This document shows, piece by piece, positions 49,701 through 62,400 of a DNA stretch of 64,000 bases (position 1 is its first letter; every line of letters begins with the position of its first letter). The notes beneath the pieces were generated by a model. The model made no database searches. It had not been told where the DNA came from and was given only the letters and a program-made list of their open reading frames with translations. A program made the position numbers and the translations under genes. The DNA is from Raillietiella orientalis (taxonomy: Eukaryota), in NCBI GenBank assembly GCA_036172245.1, contig JAYWIR010000005.1, positions 2,914,001 through 2,978,000 of the forward strand, in the 5' to 3' direction.

Positions 49701-51232
49701 GATTTGAAGGTGCTATAGTATCGGAGACCTTTGACATTCATCCTACTCTTCAGACTCGTCTCGACTTGATTCTTTTGCAAAAAATAATCATTCTGAGCGT
49801 CCATCGCATCTTCTGTGGATGTTCCTTTTCCCGAGACTGCTCCAGATCAGCTGATCTTCTCGGACAAACGTTGGTCCCCATGCATGCAACCTACCCCGCT
49901 GTTTGGAGGACTACAGCCTTTGAGTTCCGGCGTGGTTATGGTGGCAGTGGTATTGGTGAACAGCAGTCTCATGATGATGAGCCTCTTTTTCGAAGAGCAC
50001 CTGGCAGTACTGATGTAGTCACCTCCGACGAGGCGAGATGCTGCTTTCATATTAGCTCGAATGGGCTCAGCTCCTTCCAGGAGCGCTACTGATTGCACCA
50101 CGTTCGATGCCTTCTGACTTTGATGGTGCTGCTATGGAAATAATAGACGATTCAGCACCACCAAAGGTGTCAACGGCGCCAAGATAGGAGCGGCCGATGA
50201 TTTATTTTTAAGCCCGTCTTTGTGGAGACAACATGCAATCGAAAGCTCAAAATCTCTTGCGTGGTCCTTCGTGGAACCGATTGCTTTTGGTAGGTGGGTA
50301 TCACAAGGTGACTCCTCGGACTACGGGTGTGGAAGGACGCAGTTATCTCAAAAAAGTCAAAACAAGAAGAGAAAAAGAGAGGCAAAAAAACAAAAGAGTT
50401 CAGTGACAGCTTTTGACTTCCAGGTCGCGTTCTGTCTCAACCAATTGCTTCCCTGGAAGTTCCTTGCCTTGAAGACAAGCAAGTGCAGACGAGTTCTTCA
50501 CTCGGGTCGTCCCGGGCGTTCTCCGCCCTGCATTCTCGGTCCCAGCGGAGGTCTCCTTGCACCGAAATGCGTCGATCCTCTCCTGTTCGGGAAACTGGAA
50601 ACACCTCCAAAGTTAGCATATTCTGTGGACGGAAATCCCCGCTCCCTCTCTTCCTGTTCTCGGAAACCCAGGAAAAAGATTCCTGTTGTTCGAAGCTCCA
50701 GGGAATGATACCTCTTCTCACTGGTAGCCATCGGCCATTCCACCCCATCCGGCGAGGGCGTTGTTTTTCCGCAGGCCCCGCCATGCCACACGAGCTGCAG
50801 CCGGCTCGTCCGCTTCCCCGCCGTGTTTCTGGTCTTCTTGCAACTCCCCCTGCATCCCTCATTAGAAGTCGCGAAGCCTTTCTTCCCGAATCATTCCACC
50901 CTTGGAGATGGCAGGAACTTTTCCCTGAACGTTTTCTCCACATGGGTCCGGAGAGACCAGAGGGAAACGCGAAGAGGGCATCCCTGAGCAGCGGAAGAGG
51001 GATCTCCTGCATCATCGGCAACCTGGATGCCACGCCAGACAGAGGAAGAAGAAGAGGACCCTCCGAAACTTGGATGAGACAGAAGTGGCGAAAGGAGAGG
51101 TGAAAGGAGAGTCCCGGCTGACTGATCCTGTGCCAGCAGCGGGGGAGATCCACACTTTTGGCGCAGTACCCCTGAGGTCGACTCCGCCTCCCCTCCCTCT
51201 CCGACTCTTGCCGCTGTGGGCTCGTGCTTCCA

Positions 51233-51238
51233 TTTATT
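51233..51238 (-). terminator. Polyadenylation signal AATAAA of the zormin-like transcript
   Basis: tttatt on the + strand about 125 nt downstream of the TAG stop. Confidence 0.55.
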
Positions 51239-51362
51239 CGAGATTCCTCTGTGTGGGTGCGCGAACACGGGAGGCTGTCTGGCCCATCTCCGAGTGACGC
51301 TATCGGCCGCTTCGTTCGGGCTGTGGGGTTTGCCTCCTCCTTCTCCAAGCTCCTCGTCTCTC

Positions 51363-53432
51363 CTAAGCCCTGAGAGAGATGTGTGCGCCCGTACGAGCGC
51401 CTCCCACAGGATTGATGGCGGTGCATTCGTAGAAACCCACGTCGCCTGCTCGGCAAACTCGTTAGGAAAAGGCTGTCAGTGACGTCATACTCTACTTGAA
51501 GAGGCGTTGGGTATCTGCAGGGCTGTGCGGTCTCCTCTGACGGTGATGGTGCAGGCCAGGCCACTCCGAAGTTCGTTCCCGTTCTTGTACCAGCGGAAGC
51601 GTGGCAGCGGACAAGCAGCGACGACGCACTCCAACTTCACCGACTGTCCCGGAAGCACCTCTTGGTCTACCAGAGGCTGAGGGATGGATAGGGATAGAGG
51701 AAGAGCGAGAGGATCTACAGCTCAGGGCGGCAAGGGACGTCCTACCTTTATAAAGCTGACCGGGTTCTCTCCTGGAACATTCCCCGTCCCCCCCCTCGTC
51801 GTGAACTTCCCGAACGGAAAGGGTCAGTGGCGTATCACCTGTTCCTCCCTCGGAAGAGGGTCTACCCGGGTGGCGCCTGAACCCGGAGAAGTCTCCTTCC
51901 GACTCGTAGCCCCTGCTGATCCTGCCGCTGCTGTCGACGTCGCTGGTCTCGTTCTCGGATGCGGTGGGCTCCCAGGTGCGGTTCTTGAACTGAGTGAACC
52001 TGGAAGGCTTGAAGCGCGGCAGAGTGCCAGCGGAAGGGTGGATGGTCGTCGGCTTCGGGCCTGAAAGGATGGAGGAGGCGAGGATATAAGGCGGTCGAGC
52101 TCTGCGCGGACGGGAAGGAGCCGGCTGGAGGGAGACTCACCGGACGGCGAAGGGTGGTCTACGATCTCGATCTTGATTCCTGGCTCCGAGGTTTTCTTCG
52201 TCTCCACGGGAAATGGCTGTCCGGGGGTGAGGATCCCGAATTCGTAGCCGAAGTCGTACTTGAAGTAGATGAGTCCCGTGGAAGGGTCGATGTTCTTGGT
52301 GCCTGGAAAGGGAGAGGAGGAGGAGGAGGAGGGCCAGGGAAGGGATGAAAGATCGGGGAAAGCCTCTCGTCCCCGGAACGGATTACCCGCTTACCGACAT
52401 CCAATTCTTTCGTTTCCTGGCGGTAGATGCGGGGGTCTGAGCTCTCAGCCGCGCTCAGTCCTCGTTCCTCTCCACCCACCCGTTCGGGAGTGGTGGGGAA
52501 GCGGTCCCTCCTGAATGCGAACTCCTCCTGGGTCTCCGAACGCGGAGTGAGCCGTAAGTCCACTGGCGTGCTTGATTTGGCCTGCAGCCGGCCATCCGGA
52601 CAGATCCGAGCCGGAAGGAAGCACTCCCGCACCTGCCTCGGCAGCGTCCCGTTCGTGCCTCCGTCCCCGTGCACCTGCTTCACCACCTGCTCGGAGAACT
52701 TTTGCGCCGTGGTGTGGAACTTCTTGTTGATGCTGTCGAATTTGGTTTTGAGGATCTCTGCGTAGGAGGGGGAAGGCCAGCAGGCGGTGGCGAGGCGGAG
52801 CATCCTTGCTTCTCTTACCGGTTGTCGTCAGTAGTTCCTGCTTTCCGACCCCTATCCTGTCCGTCGGCTTGAAAAACTCCGGGGATCTCTGCCTCGCGAT
52901 GCAGCCAGTCTCCGGAGGCGATCCAGGTTCCAGAACGGGAGTGGCCGAGCGCACCAGAGAGAGTGACAGGTCGATGTGGGACTTCGTCAGATCTCCGGGA
53001 TGAGTCTGCAGCTCTCGTTGTGAGACGCGCTCTTCGTCCGAAACCTTCCCCCCCCCCTTCTCCCTCACTCCCTTACCTTCTCCCTATCGGAGTGCCTGAT
53101 CTTCTTCTCGTCCCTGAATGTCCTTTCCTCCACTCTGGAGGTGTGGGACAGCACCTCCGCGTCCGTTCTCTTCGGCTGGTGCCGGTATTTAGGGAACTGG
53201 GTATGGGACACGTACCACAAGGGACGACCTGCGTAGTCCCTTCTCGAGGAAAAAAAGGGGAAGGAAGAGGTGACGTCATACCCTTAGTTTGAATGCCACC
53301 AATGTTCGCCAAGTTCGTCTTCTCCTCTCTGAGCACGAATCTCTGGCATGACTCTGAATTCTCGCGGAACTTCGTGGTCCGTTTGTGGATGGACTCTTCA
53401 TACTGAGGGAGCGCGCCTCGATGGTAAGCTTC
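51363..53432 (-). CDS. Terminal exon cluster of the zormin-like unit, including the last Ig domain and stop
   Basis: Exons 53282-53432, 53077-53228, 52819-53005, 52633-52757, 52395-52581, 52141-52302, 51866-52060, 51746-51771, 51496-51676 (PLVDQEVLPGQSVKLECVVAACPLPRFRWYKNG) and 51363-51445 (DVGFYECTAINPVG). Confidence 0.82.
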
Positions 53433-56400
53433 CTGAAAAAAAAATGGCTCTTGGTACAAAGGAGGAAGGAGGATGGTGGCCATCAGCAGGGGTGGAGTCG
53501 TTTCACTACTTGTCCGTCAACCTAGCTCCATTCGAGAAACAGCCGCTTCATCTGACTCTTAGAAGCAGCGGAAATCAGGAAGCCAAGCTTTCCTCTCCCG
53601 GTAGGAAGGCAGGGAATGCCGCCGCCGGCAGACGGTGACACAGCACTGTTCCACTCAGGAGCCCGGAACGGCAAAGAGGACTGCGCACCCTTTCTACCTC
53701 ATCCTCTCTCCTACGGACCATCTCGTCATAACATTGCGATGCTGGCCTTCTAAACCAAGCAAAGGACGCAGCGTCATCTCTACTTGTCAGAGATCTCCCT
53801 TCCAAGGCTTTTCGGGATCAGCGCCTCCTTTCACGAGTAAAGCATTCCATTATTTTATTTTATTGTATCTTTTCCTTTTCTCAGGGACTCCGACTCGGAC
53901 CCGATTCTGCATCCAGCCCTCCCTTCTTTCTTTTGATCTTTTTTTCCTTCTCAGTCCCGTACCAGCCTTCTAGGACAGGAACGCTGGTTCACGATGCCCC
54001 ATACATTGGAGATGTGAACGCGCGCTTCGGCGGGGAAGCCGTCCGACCGTCCGGGACGCATTTTGCATGCGAAAGCTGCTGGTCAAAGGTCAGACCGACG
54101 AGACTCCCTGCTGCTACCAACAAGAGCATTTGCAGTACTGCATTTAAGCTCTTCAGCGTGCCGTCCCTCCTGTTGTTCCCCTTGTTCTCAATCATCTTTC
54201 CACTGCCCCATTCTTGCTAACGATGGCAAGAGCTCCCCGAAGCACTTTTTGTCCCCATACGGCAGAGTTGCCCGACCGCTTGAAGTGGGCGGCTGGGAAC
54301 TCCAAGTCTCTGGATCGAAGGCAGGGATGGAAGAGCGAACTGCACTGCGAGTCCGAAGAAAGAGAGGTTTCCTGGCAGTGAGCGAAACGGATTAATGAGC
54401 GAGAAGTGCATCATTGGATTAGGCTTCTGTTCAGCTTCTCAAACTTAATTTCTCCTTCGGGTTCCCGGGGCCTTCCTGGCTGCCTTTCCTTCTCCTCCCA
54501 AGTCTTTTCTGCATTCTCGCAGCTGGATGCTGATAGCAATGATCGATTCCTCGTTTCCTTTTTTCTCATTCTCGAATCTAATTGGATGCTCAAATGTTCC
54601 AGCGCTTTTGTCTTCTATCCTGAGGCTTGCCATTTTTCACGCGGAAGTGCCAGTTGGGCTTTGTGCTGTTAACAACACGCATCGCACTGCATCCCAGGGA
54701 ATCTTTGTTTCCTCCAGCATGCAGCACATGACTGTGGCCTCTGCTGCTCATAGATGTCAACATTTCCAACCTCTTCTTGCAAAAATGAGCCAAGTACATT
54801 TCATTTTCCACACTTCCTTAAACAATCGCGAAGAGTCCTAAGTGGAGACAATTTGTTTGCAGCAGAGACACTGCTGCATAGAGCGAAAGATGGGCGCAAA
54901 TTGCTGATGACTATGGCGTTCTTCTCCATTTTCTTTCAGATTCCATCTCTACCGCTGGAAGCCACGTGTGCACTCACGCCATCACGACACGTGCATTCGG
55001 ACTGGAAAGCGTACCAAGGATGGAAAGATCTCCACAAGCACGCCTTAATGGATTGACAACAACCCTTCCTACACGTGTTTTGCCAGTGTATTCATCCCCA
55101 AAGGATTTGTGCCCCATCCCGTGCGATTTTCGCACTCACGCTTCTGAATAACAGCCAAGAGCAGCCATCCTATCGAAGGACGTCTACGGTGACCAGGATC
55201 GATGGATCCTTGAATTCTGTTCGTGTCTCCCTGAATGCCTCATGAGTTTCAAACATGCGTCATCCTCTCAATCCCTCTCTCCCGCTCTTATGGGAGCCTG
55301 CGTGTTTTCAAGCAATTACGTCAAAAAAAGCAATCGGTGCACCTTGATTGCAGTTATTGCCACTACAAAGTAATACAATGATCCCATCGCGGAATGCTCC
55401 CTGGTCATTCGTTGCACCCGCGCAAACAAATTATGTCCTCGAGCAAGCTCCTTACTGACGGTACAGCAACGATATAGCTGCAAGAGTGCTCTAGCATGGC
55501 TTTCTTATAGCAAAAGCATCAGAAGAAGGGAGAGACCATCGTCGGAACAATGTCGTTGTTGCCAGACAACTGGACAGTTATGCCTTCCTTCACTCTGCGT
55601 GGAGATGGGAGGCTCCCATAGACCACAAAGTGTTCGTGCACTGCACTCGCTGCATGGAGGTTTATTCTCTCTGAGTAACCATGCAGAGCAGCGCATCAAA
55701 TGGTGAGGAGGCATCATTGCGGAGATTCCTCTTGATCGAAGAGGACCCACTCCGGCTACTCCGACCAAGCATTTCGCACCTGATAAAATCGGTTCGATCA
55801 CGTGAAAAGATTAAAGAAAAAACAACCCCTCTAACGGGTGTGTTAGGTGCGACCAGTCATCGTCGGGGTCCAGCAAGCACTATGGCGTTGCCGGATGTGA
55901 GCGGATCTGTGTGCTCCATGGATGCTGTGATGGCGGCGCATCTGGTTTGGAACCTGAAGAGAGTCTACACTCAGGCAGCAGAGTGCCGAAACTCGGGAAT
56001 AGTGAGATCGCGCAAAGATTCTCTGCCTTCAGAAGAAATCTCAACCTTGGTTCACGACGAGCGATACCCCTGCCCGTAAAGCAAAGCAAAAGAGCGGAAG
56101 CAGAATCTGCCGGGTGACGTGCCGATCTCTGAGCAGAACCTGTATCCTGAATCGAATGCCTCATGGGTTGAGGTACGTACACCAACGCGGGAGAGAATAC
56201 GAACACGCGCACACGCGTTTGCCCTCAGGCTGAGTCGGATGCTGTAAAGGTTCATGAATGTACCCTTCTTGTAGGTTTCTGTCGCCTCTGTCTGCCACCT
56301 GGAAGCCTTCCCTGTCTACAAGAGCACCTTTCTCCGTCCTTCAGTAACCCCCTGCTCTTGCTTCTTGAAACGGTGAAGAGACCTCCTTCACACAGAAGAT

Positions 56401-59400
56401 CAAAAGACACCGCACTGGCTCAGTACGCCGCTGCATCCTGCGGTTCTGAGCAACAAAGAAAGAAGCATCGCAGCCCAGATACCATCTCGCAGCAGTCGGC
56501 AATGTCCGATTTCTATGCAATGGTCGCCTACAGAGAGCGAAACCCGAAATTTCTCTTCCGCGACCTCAAGCGGAGCGAGCGCGTTGCGAAACCTCACGGG
56601 TGGGTGCACTGTTTGGAGGAAGGGATCCGAACAGGCGCGGTACTCACGTCGTCGGATGTCGACACAATCTTGAGATCGTAATCCCTCTCGGATGACGGTT
56701 TCTTCGGAAAGAACTTTTTGGTTAGAGCTTTCTGATAACCGGGAAAGGCTGCAGAATCGACTGGCGTCTCCCTGTAAGCGTCCTCCTTCTTCCACGTCGT
56801 TTGGGACGAAGTTTTCGAGACTGGAGAACATGAATTGAAATGAAGTTGGCCATCTTCACCATTCCGAGTTCTCTTTTACCTGCTGATCTGAAAGTCTCAT
56901 CGGAGGTCAGGCGCGTTTGGCCGTCAGCTGCAGGACGCTCCGGAGCCATGCCATCAAAGCGGAGACTTGTTTTCCCTTGAAAGTGGCGAACCGGAGAGGA
57001 AAGTATCCTCTCCGTCTGGAAATGCTGCTTCTCGGGATGCAATTGCACATCGTCTCTTGTTTCCGATGGTTTCCAACTTGCTGTTTTCTTTTGGCTTTGA
57101 GACTGGGCGTATACCTCCCCAATGGAATAGTCGAAGGAAGGCTTTGGCAGGTCGATAGTCTCGGAGTCTCTAGGACGGTCCTTCTCTACTCTTCTGCTCA
57201 TGGTTTCACTGTCGGAGAAAGCGTAAGCTGAATGGTCTCTGTAGGTGCTCCTGAATTCCTAGAAGCAAGGAGTAAGCTGGCGCTTCCCAGCACCAAAGCC
57301 GCGTCCGCCTGCAGAAAAGAAACCTGTCTGGTAGGCAGCAACTTGATGGCACCGGGGATTTCCTCTGGTGGCTTTCCAGTGGTCCTCACGTTGTCCGCTT
57401 GAATACGCTCCAGCTGTCTCCTGATAGACCTGACCCGCTTTTCGTCCTTTTCCTTCCTTTCCCTGGAACTTATGTAGCCGAACTCCGGAGCAGGCTGGGG
57501 CTTCAGGAGTGACTCCTCCGCTTCCGAGAGGGTGCGCCTGGTCTGCTCCTCGTAGTGCTCCGAATCGGAGTAGAGCTCTCTGGTTTTGTCCGCAAACCGA
57601 AAACGCGACGGCTGCGGCATCTGGGTGTCGAAGAATTTGCTCTTTTCCGGAAAGCGATCTAAAAAAAAAAAAAGAAGGGAACATTCCTAGTTCCATGCTT
57701 TCAACAAAGTGGTTACTGGTGAAGGATATGTGCTTCCGCCCTGTGGAGCTGATATCGTCCTTTGTGGTCTTGAAGAACTGCCAGTTCAAGGATCCTTGAC
57801 TTTCATCCGGAACTCCATTCACCTGAAACAAGAGGCCACTTTCAGAGAATTCAACATGCCTTCAGCTCTGGAGAGTGCTCTCGGATGCTTCCATGCTACC
57901 GAGATTTACTGCGACAGAAGTAGAATCTTCTCTTATTTAAGATAAGATTCTTCTACCGTCAAGGAGGCTGACTGCCCAGTAAAGGAGCGGTGGTCTAGAA
58001 GAAAGCATTGCCACACGCAGCTGCACTGATTCTTCGTCTGGAACACGAGGCTTCCTTACCGAAGGTCTGTCCGTTACGGAAACGTCGGCGGAGCTGGTCA
58101 TTTGGCCTTCTGAATTCTGAGCCACGGCGGAGTACCTTCCGGTGTCCTCTGGTAAGACTAAAAAGAACCAATAAAAAGAGGAGTATAGCAGATTCATTGC
58201 ATCTCTTCATCATCGGCAGAAGGGCCACCCGGTAGCACAACGAACCCTCTCTGCAGACGGGGGAAGAAATAGCTACGCCATTTTCGAGGTGCACGCGAAA
58301 GGATGAATAGGGAAGCATTCGGTGGAGTCTCCGTCATGCGACTGAGAAAGGATCCCTGGCTGCAGTGGAAATCCCATCAGCCGTGCTTATCCTTGCACAT
58401 TCGCATCCACAAGCAGCCCCCACGAGCGTTCGGAGTAACGTGTATCTCCTGACTTCTCCCATTTGGACCATGGCATTTACTACATGTGCAGCATGCACGA
58501 TGGTCGATGCACGTGATAAATGCGCTCGTAACGCATCGGTTCGTGCACATGGCGATGCAAGTGCGGCATGCTTTTGAGAGGGGTGAAGCCGGAGGATGCG
58601 TCAGAAGAGAGCGTGCCGCAGAAAGGAAGCGTGCCAATTATTTGGTAGGAGTGAAAGAGGCGGGCACAAGTCATCCCGGCGTTTACCATTCCTCAGAATA
58701 AGGGTGTGCTTCTTGTTCCAGCTCTTCATCTCGCATCTCGGCGAAGCGTGCAAGATGGAGCCGTCTTTCATCCAGGTTATAGAAGGAGCCGGAGAACCGT
58801 GTACTTCCGCTTCCAAGGTGCAGGGACTACCCGCTTGCACTATCTGAGGGCTGAGTTCAACTCGGAACCAAGGAGCCGATCGTTTCTCTTCAGGTTTTCC
58901 TTTTTTGCTTGCTTGGTTTCTGTGCCACCACCTACCTTTAACGAAGAGGTCCACCGTGGTGGAGGCTGTCCCTGCTATGTTCGTTGCCACGCACTTGTAT
59001 GTCCCCGTGTCGTCTGGAACCGTGGACGCGATGCACAAGGAGCAGATGCCGGGCGTGATGTACATGACAATGCGGGGATCAGGAGGTATTTCCAGCTCGT
59101 TCTTGAACCACTTGACCGTAGGCGTGGGCGATCCTGATGTTCAGGGAAGAAAGAACAATTAGATTTATAAGATTACAATGATGCTGAGCGTCTGGTCGTG
59201 TGGAAGCGAATTCGAAGGGACAAAAAAGAAGGAAAAGAAGGTGGACAGTCCCTTGAGGAGAGATGAAAATCGAGATTTGAAAGGAGTTCAGCAGAAGGTC
59301 TTTCTCACGATCCAGACACATTTTGGCCACTTCAGGCACCGCCACCATGAGCTCGCGTTCGCGGACGTGTGGCAACGAGGTCTCCGCGCGGGGTACCAAA

Positions 59401-62400
59401 CGTCGTGGGTTCTAATCCCCACGCGGAGGATCGACCCCGAGAAACGGGTGCGCCCTGAGTTTCCAGTTTTCCCGCAAGATCACTGGGGTTGACCCATATT
59501 CCGGTGCCGCGCTGGTGGAAACAGCCGGAAACCGGATGGATGCTCCCGTTAACTGGCCAGGATTGGAAGCTGACCCTCCAGGGTCCTTTTGGGAATCAAG
59601 GAGTCCTTCGGAGTTCTTTTCCGATTGTGAAAATGGAGCCATACCATCGCGTATCACCAAGCTGGTTGATGCCCCATCCTCGGGGGGTTGCCTCTCCAGA
59701 GTGTTACAGAGAGCACTGTTCCTTTCGCAGAGAGCCCTTCAAAGAGAATCGGAAGCGTCCCTCGGGGGTTCTCTTCAGAGGAAGAAACGAGGAGCGGCTT
59801 CTTCGCAAGAAGAAATTCCAGGAACGGATCCTTTTCCGATTCCCTTCGGAGAAGAAATGAGAAGCGGCCTCCTCTGGAGGATTTCTCGGATGAGAATAAG
59901 GCGTTTGGCTCTGCTGCATCTTAACGCTGATCGGTGTTTTCCTCATGGGATTCTTTCTAGGTGTCCCGGCACACGATCGCAAAGCCTCGTATTGCCAGTC
60001 AGACCCAACCTTTGATAAGATTCTTTAGTAGGGAAAATCTTCTGGTAGCGTGCAAAATTCTCATCCTCAGCGTGTGGGAAACTCTGCTTTCGAAATCTCA
60101 CTCCTTTTTGGTTTCCAGGGCTACATACGCTGAATGGAAATGAGCGACCGGCGTTCTTCATGCTGGTAACGAGCTAGCGGTACACTTGCAGTAGGTTCTA
60201 AAGGAAGCCTTCGCATGGGTCATTTCCTTTCCATCCTCCACAACAACGAGCGCACGCCATCGAAGACGCATCCCTTCTTTAGACGCTCGCAACCGCGATC
60301 CATGCCGCTTGCGAGGCACAGGGACTGCGTATAAAAGGAATGGTGCACGGGAGCTTCCAGTGTCTCTTTCTAGGTACTCGTAAAAAGCAGCTGGCGCGAT
60401 TCCAGAATTGGCTGAAAGGCTTTCAGTTGAGACTCCCGGTTTTTTCCTCGGGTGCGAGGCACGAACGCATCGCATAGGTCATGCTCATATCCATGGCCTG
60501 GAGGCAAGTGCCAGCTTGCTTCCGTCCACAAGAAAATCGAGCGTAGTTCAGCTGCATGAAGGCGACGAAAGGTACATTCTCTCCCGGAAAGTTCTTGGTC
60601 TGACGCTGTTGTCCGGGCGGGTGAGCCCCACCTCGTAGCTTTCGATGCATCACACCGGATTTCCCCCCCCCCCACTAAGAAGCTTCTTTCATCACCTCGT
60701 TCCTGAAAATTCCTTTGAAAAGGCGCCGTTCGAAAGCCTACTCTTTTCTCCCTCCTGCTGCAAAAGAAGAGATTTCACGCGCGCTGTTTGATAATCTGTT
60801 CTCTCTCTGGGAGAGCAGCGAAGTCCTGCCTAGTCGCTTTCTGCTCTCACTCCAAGCCAGCTAATCCGTGTGCCACAACCCAGGCGTGGCTGGCGTGCCG
60901 ACTCGAAAGCAAGGCGCTCGAGGGTTCGTTTCGGTTTCCCAGCTGAGGGCCTCAAGAACGGGCATCCGAGGAAAACGTGCGCTTGGGAGGAACGTCGGCA
61001 CGGGCCAGACTTTCAGCCAGGCCGACGGCAAACTTAATCCACCTCATCCTACTCACCTTGGAGCTCGCCGAAAAATTCAACCGGCAGACCTTCCTCGACT
61101 GATTTGGCTTGCATCGGTTTCAGGAACCGAGGGATGACAGCCTCTTTCATCGTGGCTACACCTTCTGCCTCCGTTCTCATGATCTGTCCATCGAATTCGT
61201 AGGTGGATATGGTCTTCTGTTTTACGGTCGCAGGTTTTCCGTATTCCTGCTGGAGTTCAGCCATCTTGTCTATTATCACCTTGAAGAGAAGGAATGGAAT
61301 CAAAGCGCTGTATGCAAAAATATTCCGCGCTCGCGATCACTTGTGATGGCAGTGCCAAACACGAGAATCTTTAGCTTCTTGCCTACGATGGCTTTCTCAG
61401 TAAGAGTTGCGACTGAAGCTCATTATGAGCTCTCCAGTTCCTTAAGCCTGAAAAAGCCCAAGCCCAAGCTCGTTTCAGAATTCTAAAACTATTTCCTTCT
61501 CTTTTTTTATTCGGTCACCAGAAAGACTCAGCGTGGAACAAACCGCTGTCAGGGAGCAGTGGGTTTTTCAGTGGCCCAAATGTGTGTTAAATTTCAATCA
61601 TGTGAATTCTGTCCCTTGTAAGGGTGATGGCGACGAACAAGTAAATCAGATGGAGTCAGAAGCAAAGGAACAAAACCATCCCCCTTTGTAGAAGTTAAAT
61701 GACAACGAAACGTTCTTTTCGAAGGAACGAATAAGGCACTCAATTATCTGTGGATGATCGCATGCGGCGAGAAATAAAAGAAGAATCCTATGGCCACGCG
61801 AGTATGAATCAGCCCACCACTGTGCTCTTACAAAATGAAGGAAAAAAAAAAATCGGTTCTGCGCACACTTGTCAAGCCTCATTTTCACCTAGGTTGTTCA
61901 ACTGCCTTTGTCCTGTGGTTTCGATTGGTTCGAAGAGACGGCAAGAGATGCCGCTGGGAGTAGTGATCGAAAGCAGTCTGAAAACAGCGCCGTCTATAGG
62001 ACCCACAGCTAACCAGAATGCAGGGAATCTTATAGGTGGTAGCTGCTCCTGGTTAAAACACAGGCGTTGAAACAAGAAAGTACCGTGTAGAAAGCCCTAT
62101 AAATACTGTTTTTAGCAACGTTTTCCTCGGAAAACATCCGAACATCCTGAGAGCGAACAAGACGACGTGCTTTAGGATCACACTCTTTGCAAGCCACCCT
62201 TTACATCCCTTAGACCTTGAAAGTGAACTAGAGGTTGGAACACATTTGACAAGTGTCCATGTTCACAGGCAAGCGGTTCTTTAGATAATGGTGTCGTTCC
62301 AGGAGCACAATCATAAAAAAAAATACGTCAAAAGTATTTATCACTTTAAGAGATCTTTTTAAATCAATTTACAAGAGTAAATGTATCCAAAGTTAATTTT

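Noticed and set aside
50437..51564. 375-aa minus-strand ORF
   Set aside because: It is out of frame with the Ig exon at its start, runs through the putative 3' UTR and has no recognisable domain.
54860..55060. Merlin/ISXO2-like fragment (VHSDWKAY)
   Set aside because: A single short motif with no other catalytic residues or TIRs seen.
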